From: Podarcis cretensis
Taxonomy: Eukaryota
NCBI GenBank assembly: GCA_951804945.1
Contig: OX638164.1
Coordinates: 7,564,001 to 7,628,000 of the forward strand
DNA length: 64,000 nucleotides
Direction of reading: 5' to 3'
The notes below the pieces were generated by a model that had not been told where the DNA came from, made no database searches, and worked only from the letters and a program-made list of their open reading frames with translations. Within the stretch, counting starts at the first letter, position 1. Each line of letters opens with the position of its first letter. The position numbers and the translations under genes were made by a program. Below are positions 23,346-34,182 of this stretch, in pieces.

Positions 23346-24832
23346 ATGCCCTCCAACATTACAATGAAAATAGGGACATCCTATTCAACAACAACAACAG
23401 TATTATTTATACCCCACCCATCTAACCAGGTTGCCCCAAACACTCTTGGCGGCTTCCAACATATATGAAAACATAATAAAACATTAAATAATAAACTTCC
23501 CTATACAGGGCTGCCTATAGATGTCTTCTAAATGTTGTATAGTTACTTATCTCCTTGGCTTGGGGGGGGTGTCACATAATTCCATAGCCTCCAAAATTTC
23601 TCAGATAAAAATAGGGGAATCCTAAGGAAAAGTGGGACATTCTGGGATCAGATCAAAAAGCGGGATGGCTTCTGTAAATCCAGGACTGTCCTTAGAAAAT
23701 AGGGACACTTGGAGGGTCTGCTATCACTTCCTCGGCGCTCTGTGTACCAGGGATGAAGAACCTGCAGCCCTCAATTTATTGTTGGGCTCCCATCACCCCT
23801 GGCAATTGACCATCTGGAGCTACAGATTCCACATACAGATACAGCTTAGGCCCAGGCTCTCTGAAGGGCTGGATTCTTCCACACAAACCTGCCCAGGCTC
23901 TGATATCTTTGGGGGAGACCTCTCTCTCTCTCTTTTAATAAATGTTTTTATTAGTTTATATATATATATATATATTCCAAACAAAACATAACATCTCCTC
24001 TCACCATATACAACATTTTGGCTATAAGCCTAGGACTTCCATCAACCACGTCTAATGATTTTCAACCTCCATGGGGAGACCCTTCTCTCAGTCGCAACAT
24101 CTTCACAAGCACAGGTAGTGGCAATGCAGGAGAGGACCTTCAGGGCAGCTGATCCTAGGCATCGGAACTCCTTTCCTAGAGAGGCTGGACTGTCTCCCTC
24201 CATGCTGTCCGTCCTTCAGCAGGTGAAGATTGAGTGTCCCTGTTTTCCAGGGAAAGTTCTGAATTGGCAGCAGCAGTCCTGGTTTCTGAACAGATACTTG
24301 GAATATCCTGCTTTTCCTTAGGACATCCCTATTTTCATTGGAGAAATGTTGGAGGGTATGGAGTTATGCGACCTCCGAGACAAGGAGATAAGTAACTATT
24401 CAACCTTTCAAAGACAGCTGAAGGCAGCCCGGTATAGGGAAGTTTTAAAATGTTCTATTGTGTGTTTATATATGTTAGACCTTGGGTAGGCAAACTAAGG
24501 TCCAGGCGCCGGATCTGGCCCAATCGCCTTCTAAATCTGACCCGCAGACGGTCCAGGAATCATTGTATTTTTACATGAGTAGAATGTGTCCTTTTATTTA
24601 AAATGCATCTCTGGGTTATTTGTAGGGCGTAGGAATTTGTTCATTTTCCCCCAAAATATAGTTCGGCCCCCCACAAGGTCTGAGGGACAGTAGACTGGCC
24701 CCCTGCTGAAAAAGTTTGCTGACCCCTGTGGCTGGGGCAAATATTATTATTATTATTATCATCATCGTCATCATCATTATCATTATTGAATAGGATGCCC
24801 CTATTTTCATTGGAGAAATATTGGAGGGTATG
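23346..24832. mobile_element. Inverted pair of composite non-autonomous elements (CCCTCCAA/TTGGAGGG ends); the second is interrupted by a hAT element
   Basis: 23346-23720 (+) and about 24290-24832 (-) share AAAATAGGGACATCC and TAGTTACTTATCTCCTTG in opposite orientation. Confidence 0.6.
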
Positions 24833-25282
24833 GTATATTTCAGCGAGCTTTGGGAAAATGTCCACTTTTTAAGGAAAGAGCTTTTAATAGTGCTGTGCTG
24901 TTTGTTTGTTTTTACTATATTTTATTAGATGATGATGATAATAATAATAATAATAATTTATTTCTACCCCACCCATCTGGCTGGGTTTCCCCAGCCACTC
25001 TGGGCGGCTTTCAACAGAACATTAAAAACAGAATAAAACTTCAAACATTAAAAACTTCCCTAAACAGGGCTGCCTTCAGATGTCTTCTAAAAGTTGGAAG
25101 CTCCTGCAGCCAATGGAAGCTGTGTAGGCCGCACGCCTCCTCCGCGCTGGAAGGAGCGCCAGAAGTGGTGTTTGCATGTGCATGCATGTGCGTGTGCGCA
25201 TGCACACTCCGGCCCACCGCAGCGTCTGCAGGATTGCGAACCGGCCCATGCCCCCAAAACTTTGCCGACCCCTGGTATAGAT

Positions 25283-25418
25283 CGGGTGTGGCCAAACGTG
25301 GTCCTCCAGATATTTGGGGACTACAATTCCCATCATCCCTGACCACTGGTCCTGTTAGCTACGGATGATGGGAGTTGTAGTCCGAAAACCTCTGGAGGGC
25401 CAAGTTTGGCCATGCCTG
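25283..25418. mobile_element. Palindromic hAT-type MITE
   Basis: Inverted arms GGACTACAATTCCCATCATCC / GGATGATGGGAGTTGTAGTCC; 8-bp TSD GTATAGAT/GTATTGAT. Confidence 0.75.
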
Positions 25419-25979
25419 GTATTGATCAACTAGAGCTGTGAGGCTGTGTCCTAGTAGCCACTTCCCAGGAGAAGCTGGGGATGGGTTCAAGCTGAACTCA
25501 TCTGTCAAAATGGCCTGCATGGGAGGGGGAAGCTAAAGATCTGGCCCGCTGCCCCACCCTGGGATCTGCTGTGACCACAAATCAAAGAGGGAGGAGCTCC
25601 TTTGCATTTTGCGTATTTGTGAGGGTACATAGGTGTCAATGTTATTCCATCCTTCCTTTGGGCTTGTTTCCTTTCAGCCTGACCACCTGACACAGCCTTA
25701 TTCCAAATCAGACCATTGGTCCATCTAGCTTAGTATTGTCTACACTGACTGGCAGCAGCTCTCCAGGGTTTCAGGCAGGGGACGCTCCCAAGCCCTACCT
25801 GCAGATGTCATTGGGGACTGAAGCTGGGAAGAGTTTGGCTGCATACATTGGCAGCCTGCCCAGTATGCAGATGGCCCTCCTTTGCCTCTCTGATCCCCAT
25901 GTTTTCCGGCCCGGCACATATTCTCATAGGAATCCCTCTTTCGCCATACAGTATTAACACAGCCTTATATCAAGTCAAA

Positions 25980-26331
25980 GGGATGCGGATGGCGCTGTGG
26001 GTTAAACCACAGAGCCTAGGACTTGCCGATCAGAAGGTCGGCGGTTCGAATCCCCACGACGGGGTGAGCTCCTGTTGCTCGGTCCCTGCTCCTGCCAACC
26101 TAGCAGTTCGAAAGCACGTCAAAGTGCAAGTAGATAAATAGGTACCGCTCCGGCGGGAAGGTAAACGGCGTTTCCGTGCGCTGCTCTGGTTCGCCAGAAG
26201 CGGATTAGTCATGCTGGCCACATGACCCGGAAGCTGTACGCCGTCTCCCTCGGCCAATAAAGTGAGATGAGTGCCGCAACCCCAGAGTCGGCCATGACTG
26301 GACCTAATGGTCAGGGGTCCCTTTATCTTTA
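25980..26331 (+). mobile_element. Sauria SINE (second subfamily) nested in an older SINE
   Basis: Sauria head and body, (CTTTA) tail, TSD TATCAAGTCA. Confidence 0.9.
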
Positions 26332-26911
26332 TCAAGTCAGGCCATTGGTCCATCAAGCTCTGTATTGTCTATGCTGAATGGCAGTGTCTCTCCAAGGTTT
26401 CAGGTAGAGATCCTTCCAACCCCTGCTTGGAAATGCTGGGGACTGGGCTGGACTGGGGGCCTTTTGCATGCAAACGAAAGCACACAACCGCTGAGCTAGA
26501 GTTCCTTTCTGCAAATAGAATATAGGAAGCTCCTGTATACTAAGTCGCTTCACTGGCCCCCCTAGCTCAGTATTGTCTACACGGACTGCCAGTAGCTCTC
26601 CAGGGGGTTCCAGACATGACCCTTTCCCAGCCCTGTTTGGAGAGTCAAGGGATTGGACCTTGGACCTTACGCATGCAAAGTAAATAAAAAGCAAGGTCCC
26701 AGTCCTCATGGTTCTAAACAAGGAGCTGATTTAAACAGGAGCATAGGGAGTGCAATCCTAGCCCAGTATTGCCTACTCTGACTGTCAGTGTCCCTAAAGA
26801 GATTCCTAGCTCTACCTGAAGATGCCGGGGATCAAATGTGGGACTTTCTGCATGTGAAGCAGGTGCTTTGTCACCGTAAATGATGCTCCCTTTGAAACTT
26901 CTTGAAGCTTT

Positions 26912-27347
26912 AACTGTGACTTTAAGGATAAATGGGAACCCTTTACAAAGTATCTGAAGATGCAACAAAGCGAACTGGACTCCTTGGCAGGTTTTGAATA
27001 AACATTCACAAACTTTTTATTGATAATAATCAGCTAAATAGTTTGAGGATCTATACAACTTTGTAACATGCAGAAAACAGCATTCTTAAAGAAACCAAAG
27101 ACTGGAACTGAGGGAAGTTGGGGGTGGGGGGGTGGATGGGTTTTGTGGGGGAGGGGGAGGGAGGAAAATGGGGGGGAAAACAAGGATGATATGTTTTTGG
27201 ATAATATGTCTTGTTATAATTTTGAATTTTTTAAAAAAGTATTTATCTGGCAATTGGGGGAAAAAAACTTTAAACCTTAGTGCTTAACTAAATCTAAATC
27301 TGTAATGTGTGTAATTATGTCAAAATAAAACAGATTTTATCTGTAAA

Positions 27348-27394
<47 letters not shown>
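26912..27394 (+). mobile_element. 5'-truncated L1-like 3' end with (AAAG)n tail
   Basis: KWEPFTKYLKMQ...LAGFE*, G-rich 3' UTR, AATAAA, (AAAG)n, approximate TSD CTTCTTGA(A/T)GCTTT. Confidence 0.65.
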
Positions 27395-28838
27395 CTTCTT
27401 GATGCTTTTGCAAAACCGGCTCACCCCATGACCTAGGGAATTCTCTCTCTGCGTGGTCTTCTGTCCATTTAAAACGACTACCGCTCCACTTTTAAACTAA
27501 ATTAAATACATATTTCCCCCACCCCATACCCACCTTGAGCTGCAGTTTTGGCACTTTCCCCCCAAAAGACCAAAGTTTCACACAGATGTATTGGGGATGT
27601 AGGCGGATGGAAACATGAACAGGCCGGCTGGAGGTGCGAGACTGTTTATGAGTAGCCAGAAACAAGGTGAGGTGTTTGCCTGATTTATGACTCAGCGCCA
27701 AGGACTTCCCAAGCATGTGTTCTCGCTTCCTCCGAGGATGACTCAGCAGAAAACTCCAGTTCCATAAGCCAAGTTGCTAGCATTTAAAGTTGACGGACTT
27801 CTTTGCTGGGCAAGTCAAGGCTTATTTAAGTTATATTCAGCTTGCACCTTCCCTGTGGGCATGTTTCCGTGACAGACTTATAGAGGCACCAACAGCCCTT
27901 GCATGAATGACTTCTTTTCTTTTTAAAAAAACAGATGACCTGTTTATTGAGAGCGTTCGCTCTGGTTTGCTAACTTCTGGTACAAAGTTAGATCATATCC
28001 AGAATTTACTAAGCATTTGGTTTGATTTGGTTGTGGGGAGAGTATACGACAATGAGCATCCATCCTGATTTAGAATAATAGAACTGTAGAGTTGAAAGGG
28101 ACCCTGAGGATCTAGCCCAAACACTTTGCAATGAGGGAATATGCAGGTATCCCACACTGGGATCGAACCTGCAATCTTGGTGTCATCAGCACCACGCTCT
28201 ATCCAACTGAACAATCTAGGCTGACTTGATTGCGGGGTGTTTCTACAATCTTCCAGTTTGTTCAATCTCACACTTTTAATTGCATTTACCCATAATTTTC
28301 CTACCCACAGAAGTCCATTTCTTTTCTGTTGCGCTAGGGTGACAGAGCCCTTTAATCCACTGAAAATGTACAAACCTAAGCTTCCCTCCTGCAAAGGACT
28401 GACTCTGTGGACACTGGGGAGGCTAGCTGGTCCATAGGGCAATTGGGGCAGTGCCCCACTAATATCAGTTGGCTTAGTCTCAGTGCTGCTCTTGTAGAAT
28501 TCAGCAGGGAGGCGGATGGGGACAAAACTGGTTGGTTCTGCCTGTCATTACCTCTGGTTCTGTCTTAACTTCTGGCTCCCTACCAGCCCTTATGGGCACC
28601 AGTCACCAGTGACTCTGGAGGCACCTTATATAGCAGGTGCTTTTTCTAGATCGAAACTATGGACCAAATTACAGATGTTACTGCAAGATAAATGACTATT
28701 CTTCCTTATTAAAGCTCTGTACAGTGATAGCAAATTGCAGGTTAGATGTGGGTTGCAGGGCCAACTTTCAGACTGTGCTGAAATGGCTAGGGGAGTGAGA
28801 CAGGGCTGTATTTTGTCCCCCACATTGTTTAGCCCTTT

Positions 28839-29007
28839 CAGTGGCGTAGCGTGGGGGGTGCAGGGGGGGCCGGCCGCACCGGGCACAACATCTGGGGGTT
28901 AGGGTTAGGGGGCGCAAATCCACGGGTTACGGGGCGCAAATCTACGGGTTACGGGGCGCAAATTACTTGCCTTGCCCCGGGTGCTGACAACCCACGCTAC
29001 GCCACTG
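28839..29007. mobile_element. hAT-like MITE containing TTAGGG, copy 1
   Basis: Perfect 17-bp TIR CAGTGGCGTAGCGTGGG, flanked by a GCCCTTT duplication. Confidence 0.85.
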
Positions 29008-29246
29008 GCCCTTTCCTAAATGATTTTGATGAAGGTCTAATGGACTCAGATGATCATCTCCCAGAAACAGGAACTAGAAAGACCTCTCTTTTGCTATATG
29101 CGGACGATGCGACCATCCTCTCTTGTTCCAGACCTGGCTTGAAATAGGAACTAAGGAAGTTCTCAGATTACTGTTCTGACAACGGGTTATCCATCAACTA
29201 TGAGAAATCCAAAATTTTGGTCTTTGATAAAAGATATTCCCCTTGT

Positions 29247-29493
29247 TCCTGCCAACCTAGCAGTTTGAAAGCACATCAAAGTGCAAGTAGATAAATAGGT
29301 ACCGCTCTGGTGGGAAGGTAAACAGCATTTCCGTGCACTGCTCTGGTTTGCCAGATTTGGCTTAGTCATGCTGGTCACATGACCCGGAAGCTGTACGCCA
29401 GCTCCCTTGGCCAATAAAGCGAGATGAGCGCCGCAACCCCAGAGTTGGTCATGACTGGACCTAATGGTCAGGAGTCCCTTTACCTTTACCTTT
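29247..29493 (+). mobile_element. 5'-truncated Sauria SINE
   Basis: Sauria body, (ACCTTT)n tail, TSD ATTCCCCTTGT. Confidence 0.88.
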
Positions 29494-29656
29494 ATTCCCC
29501 TTGTAAATGGGTACTAGAGCAGAATAAATGCTTCCGGTACCTAGAGCTGTTGTTTCACCACAGAAAGTCCTGGAATTGCCGCTGGCAGACTATCTGTCAG
29601 AAGGCAGAGATGAGCAAACTTGCTATACTCCGTTTATTTTTATCAAAGGTGTCATA

Positions 29657-29885
29657 GACTTTGAAGATGCTTGAACTCAGGACGCAAGGGAGAAATGTGC
29701 TAAGAGGAAGACATGTTTGGCAAACCCTCACCATGATCAACTCCTGCCCAGAAACCTCTGTCGCCACTGTGGAAAGACGTGTGGATCCAGAATCGGCCTC
29801 CACAGTCACCTACGGACACACCGCTAAGACTGTGATCATGGAAGACAATCTTGCTTGGCTACGAGTGATCGCCAAAAAGAAGACT
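29657..29885 (+). mobile_element. RTE-clade LINE 3' end
   Basis: Homologous to the reverse complement of 978-1230. Confidence 0.78.
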
Positions 29886-30026
29886 ACACTGTGAGCAGTT
29901 CAAACAAGTCAGGGATCAGTTAATTAAACCCCCATTGGTAAATTTAACTGGAAAATCCAAAACATTCCACCTCAAGTACCTCCTTGGAGAAAATGTCAAA
30001 TGATACTACCCTGGTCGTGGCTAAGT

Positions 30027-30186
30027 CAGTGGCATAGCGTGGGGGGTGCAGGGGGGGGCCGGCCACACCGGGCGCAACATCTGGGGGTTAGGATTAGGGG
30101 TAGGGTTAGGGGGCGCAAATCCACGGGTTAGGGGGCGCAAATTACTTGCCTTGCCCCGGGTGCTGACAATCCACGCTACGCCACTG
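30027..30186. mobile_element. hAT-like MITE containing TTAGGG, copy 2
   Basis: Same TIRs with one mismatch; 8-bp TSD GGCTAAGT/GGTTAAGT. Confidence 0.85.
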
Positions 30187-31295
30187 GGTTAAGTTCCTCA
30201 CAGAAGTATTAAGAAACAGAAACCTGCATACTCTGGATAAAACATAGCAACCACTTTGGTACCCTTTCCCAGTATTTCTGTTTTATTTTGCTTTCGAAAA
30301 TGTTTTTGTGGGTCTTTGGACTGAAATGAATTTTATATATACACACACACCACAAACACATATATATCAAGTGCAGGGCCCTGATCCAGATTGAGACCCT
30401 GGCATGGAGAGGAGACAGGCTTTAATACCCCCTATTTTAGATTCCTGGTGCCCACAATTTTCTTTTGAAAAACCATTCACAGTTCCCACAAGGGTTGATT
30501 GGTAGAAAGGTGTTTAATTGGCTTGGTCATTTAACCACAATGGGTTAATTACGTACTACCTAAAAATCCATTTTAAATATTAGTTACTACAGTTGAGGAA
30601 AAGCAATTTGAACAACCTTTGTAATTCCTTTAAAATCATTAGATACTTCCAGCTGCTTTTTAAGTATCTGCTTCCACATGCTGTCTCTCTGCCACCCCTT
30701 CCCAGCTGATTTTTTTTTTAATAAACAAATGTTCCTTCATACGTACAGCATGCCCTATCAAGGCCTAAAATAATGCTAATCCAAGCAATGTGATAATTTA
30801 ACCATTCAGAAGAGAAATTACTTTTTCCCTACTTTCGTTTTGAAGAGATTCCTAATTAACAGTACAATCCTATGCGTGCTTACTTCTGTGTAGAGGATTG
30901 CAGTCAATGGCTCTATAAACACTTTTTCTGGGAATGTGCCCAATTGATTTCAATGGGTCTTACTCCCAGTATACTCTCTGTGGCTGCATATATGTGTGAA
31001 AGCACATGAACTCACCCAAAAGCAACCTGGGGTATCTTAGTACCCTTAGAAAACTACAGTTCCCAGGATTCTTTGGGGGAAGTCATATTCTTTCTATGTA
31101 TGGTGTGAGTACAGCCTATGGAATTTGCCTCCTGTGGCTGCAACCCAGTACACCATGTGTGGGGAACTTTTGGCCCACCAGACGTTGCTGTACTACGACT
31201 CCCAGAAACATGGGCAATGGTTGTGGCTGCTGGGAGTTGTCGTTTAGCAGCATCTGCCAGGCCAAAAGTTCCCCACACCTTGCTGCACACCAAAG

Positions 31296-31535
31296 AGCCA
31301 GTGTGGTGTAGTGGTTAAAAGCGGTAGACTCGTAATCTGGTGAACCGGGTTCGCTTACCCGCTCCTCCACATGCAGCCGCTGGGTGAACTTGGGCTAGTC
31401 ACACTTCTCTGAAGTCTCTCAGCCCCACTCACCTCACAGAGTGTTTGTTGTAGGGGACAAAGGGAAAGGAGAATGTTAACCGCTTTGAGACTCCTTCGGG
31501 TAGTGATAAAGCGGGATATCAAAGCCAAACTATTC
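31296..31535 (+). mobile_element. tRNA-derived squamate SINE (Squam3-like)
   Basis: AGCCAGTGTGGTGTAGTGGTT...GGGTTCG head with A and B boxes; CGCTTTGAGACTCCTTCGGG 3' part. Confidence 0.75.
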
Positions 31536-31747
31536 AAAGCACGCACACAGAGCATGCATTCATTGCAGAGCCGGCTTGCTCATTTGGCGGGATGAAGCAT
31601 CTGCCTCAGGCGGCAGAAACACAAGCACCCTGCCCGACGACTTCTGCCACCACTGGAACCCCTTTTCTCTCTGACTTTTTGGTGAAAGGAGGACTTTCCA
31701 GCATGTGACATTGCCGTTTGTCTTCCTCACAACTGGGGTAGAGAATA

Positions 31748-32190
31748 TGCCATGGACTGGCTGCATGCAGAGACGTGGTGGGAGGCAGAAGTTGGGGACC
31801 CCCAAGGGCACCCCTGGGGAAGAAGACTCCGAGCCGGTGGTGGGATGACGATGAGTTGTCACAGGGAGAAGAAGGAGCAGAATGGGAGGAGCAGGTGTCA
31901 GAAACAGAAGAGGTAACAGGCTTTGGTGAGCAGGAAGAGGCTGTGGAAGAGAGCAGTTCAGACTCTGAAGCAGAAGCGGAGACTGGAAGGGTGTGGGGCC
32001 AGGAGACAGAGATGAGGCTGGCTGCTGAAGTAGCCAGGGAGTCTCCCCCTCCTGCTGTGACCAGCTCCCTTCTTCCCTGGTCTCCCGGAACCTGCAGAGG
32101 TATGAAGAGGGCACAGCAGAGGCGGGTTCTGTGCAGGCTCAGTCTACGACTGCTTGGGAAACACCCTGGAGAGGAGGAGATTTAGGAATA
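31748..32190 (+). repeat. Purine-rich interspersed repeat, probably an LTR fragment
   Basis: Strong GA skew gives a spurious acidic ORF. Resembles lizard LTR-type repeats; no splice context. Confidence 0.4.
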
Positions 32191-32497
32191 GGGCAGGGCA
32201 ATGTACATCGTCCAAAACCGGTTTCAAGTCCACGTTGTGGTAACAGCTTCATAATACTCAACATGGCGATATATCAGGAATCACGATGTGTGCGTGTGCT
32301 ATGAAAAAACAATTGGGATGTGGGGAAAACCGTGGGCCCAGTCACCACTTCTTTCATGATTCCTGCCACCCCTTTTGCTCTGTATTAGAGAATAACAGTT
32401 GTAACAATACAACATAAGTAAAACATAAGGTAAGTTAAACTATATCAGTATTAGACCCCTAAGTAGCTGATGTTATCACCAGCTAAACATCGCAATA

Positions 32498-32701
32498 CAG
32501 TTGTACCTTGGTTTTCAAACAGCTTAGTTCTCAAATGTTTTGGCTCCCGAACGCTGCAAACCCGAAAGTGACTGTTCTGGTTTGCGAACTATTTTCAGAA
32601 GCCAAATGTCCGGTGCAGCTTCTGCAGCTTCGGTTTCTGAATGTTTTGGAAGTCAAACAGACTTCTGGAACAGATTCCGTTCAGCTTCCAAGGTATGACT
32701 G
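32498..32701. mobile_element. Tc1/mariner (Tigger-like) MITE, family A
   Basis: TA|CAGTTGTACCTTGG...CCAAGGTATGACTG|TA. A relative lies at 53810-54059. Confidence 0.8.
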
Positions 32702-32711
32702 TACTCATATA

Positions 32712-32945
32712 CAGTGGTACCTCGGGTTAAGAACTTAATTTGTTCTGGAGGTCCGTTCTTAACCTGAAACTGTTCTTAACCTGAGGTACTACTTTAGCTA
32801 ATGGGGCCTCCTGCCGCCACAGCCGCGTGATTTCTGTTCTCATCCTGAAGCAAAGTTCTTAACCTGAGATACTATTTCTGGGTTAGCGGAGTCTGCAACT
32901 TGAAACGTCTGTAATCTGAAGTGTCTGTAACCCGAGGTACCACTG
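32712..32945. mobile_element. Tc1/mariner (Tigger-like) MITE, family B
   Basis: TA|CAGTGGTACCTCGGGTTA...TAACCCGAGGTACCACTG|TA. A relative lies at 51578-51803. Confidence 0.85.
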
Positions 32946-33404
32946 TATCACAGTGTCTAAATAAGGATGGCACTACATAGAGGCAAATGGGGCAATGTCC
33001 TGGCAACTGCTACTACTTAGGGGTCTAAAATGTTGAAAACCAGACTTTGCTCAACCCTACTTCAGAAGTGACTGGAAGACAGGGACCTCCAGTCCTTGCA
33101 TCAGCTGCGTTGGAGCAAGACCTACTGGGAAGAGTTGATGGGATCCCTAGGCCTGCACTGGTTGGGTTCCTTGAATAAAGAGTTGAGTATTTTTATTTGA
33201 TTGCTGATTTATGCTTGACTCCGGCTCCTGACAGAAGATGAGCATCAAGGCCTTGTGGAGTGCTCCCTCGCTTGCCATTTGGTGAGGGGGGGGGGGTGTG
33301 TGCATTCCAGCAGTGGCAGGATGAGGGCGATGCTGTGAGGCAGTGGGTGGCATATTCCCGTTTTACCTCAGGTGGTGGAATGGGACAGGCCCATTGATTG
33401 CAAC

Positions 33405-34182
33405 TAACTTGACAAGCTGGAACGTGTGCAGAGGAAGGCAACCCAGATGATCAGGGGCCTTATGAGGAACGGTTGAAGGAGCTGCATGGAAAAGAGGAGA
33501 CTGAGAGGAGATATGGTAAAGGTAAAGGTAAAGGTACCCCTGCCCGTACGGGCCAGTCTTGACAGACTCTGGGGTTGTGCGCCCATCTCACTTAAGAGGC
33601 CAGGGGCCAGCGCTGTCTGGAGACACTTCCGGGTCACGTGGCCAGCGTGACATCGCTGCTCTGGCAAGCCAGAGCCGCACACGGAAACGCAGCGGTCCCT
33701 ATTTATCTACTTGCACCCGGAGGTGCTTTCGAACTGCTAGGTTGGCAGGCGCTGGGACCGAGCAGCGGGAGCGCACCCCGCCGCAGGGATTCGAACCGCC
33801 GACCTTTCGATCGGCAAGTCCTAGGCGCTGAGGCTTTAACCCACAGCGCCACCTGCGTCCCGGAGATATGGTAACCATCTTCAAATATCTCAAGGGCCGT
33901 CATGTGGAAGAGGGAACAAGCTTGTTCCCCCCCCCCCGCTCTGGAGGGCAGGACTCGAACCAATGGCTTCAAGTTACAAGAAAGGAGATTCCGACTAAAC
34001 ATCTGGAAGAGTTTTCTGACAGTAAGAGCTGTTCGGCCGTGAAACAGACTCCCTCGGGAGGTGGTGGACTCTCCTTCCTCGGAGGTTTTTAAGCAGAGGT
34101 TGGAAGGCCATCTGTCATGGATGCTTCAGCTGAGATTCCTGCCTTGCAGGGGGCTGGACTAGATGAGCCTTGGGGTCCCTTC
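33405..34182 (+). mobile_element. CR1 3' fragment interrupted by a Sauria SINE
   Basis: CR1 ORF2 end (MVTIFKYLKGRH...) split at GGAGATATGGTAA. Confidence 0.8.
33520..33861 (-). mobile_element. Sauria SINE, young
   Basis: Nearly identical to 15540-15908 apart from a small internal deletion; TSD GGAGATATGGTAA. Confidence 0.92.

Larger units (their letters stand above)
28630..29650 (+). mobile_element. Decayed LINE RT fragment (RTE-X-like), interrupted by a MITE and a Sauria SINE
   Basis: Joining across the insertions gives GVRQGCILSPTLFSPFLND...LLLYADDATILS...INYEKSKILVF. Confidence 0.75.

Noticed and set aside
31296-31370. tRNA gene (also at the Sauria SINE heads and at 28150-28210 and 37330-37385)
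   Set aside because: A and B boxes are present but continue into SINE bodies, with no complete cloverleaf.
31775-32185. 136-aa acidic ORF as a novel gene
   Set aside because: No ATG or splice context; explained by the purine skew of an interspersed repeat.
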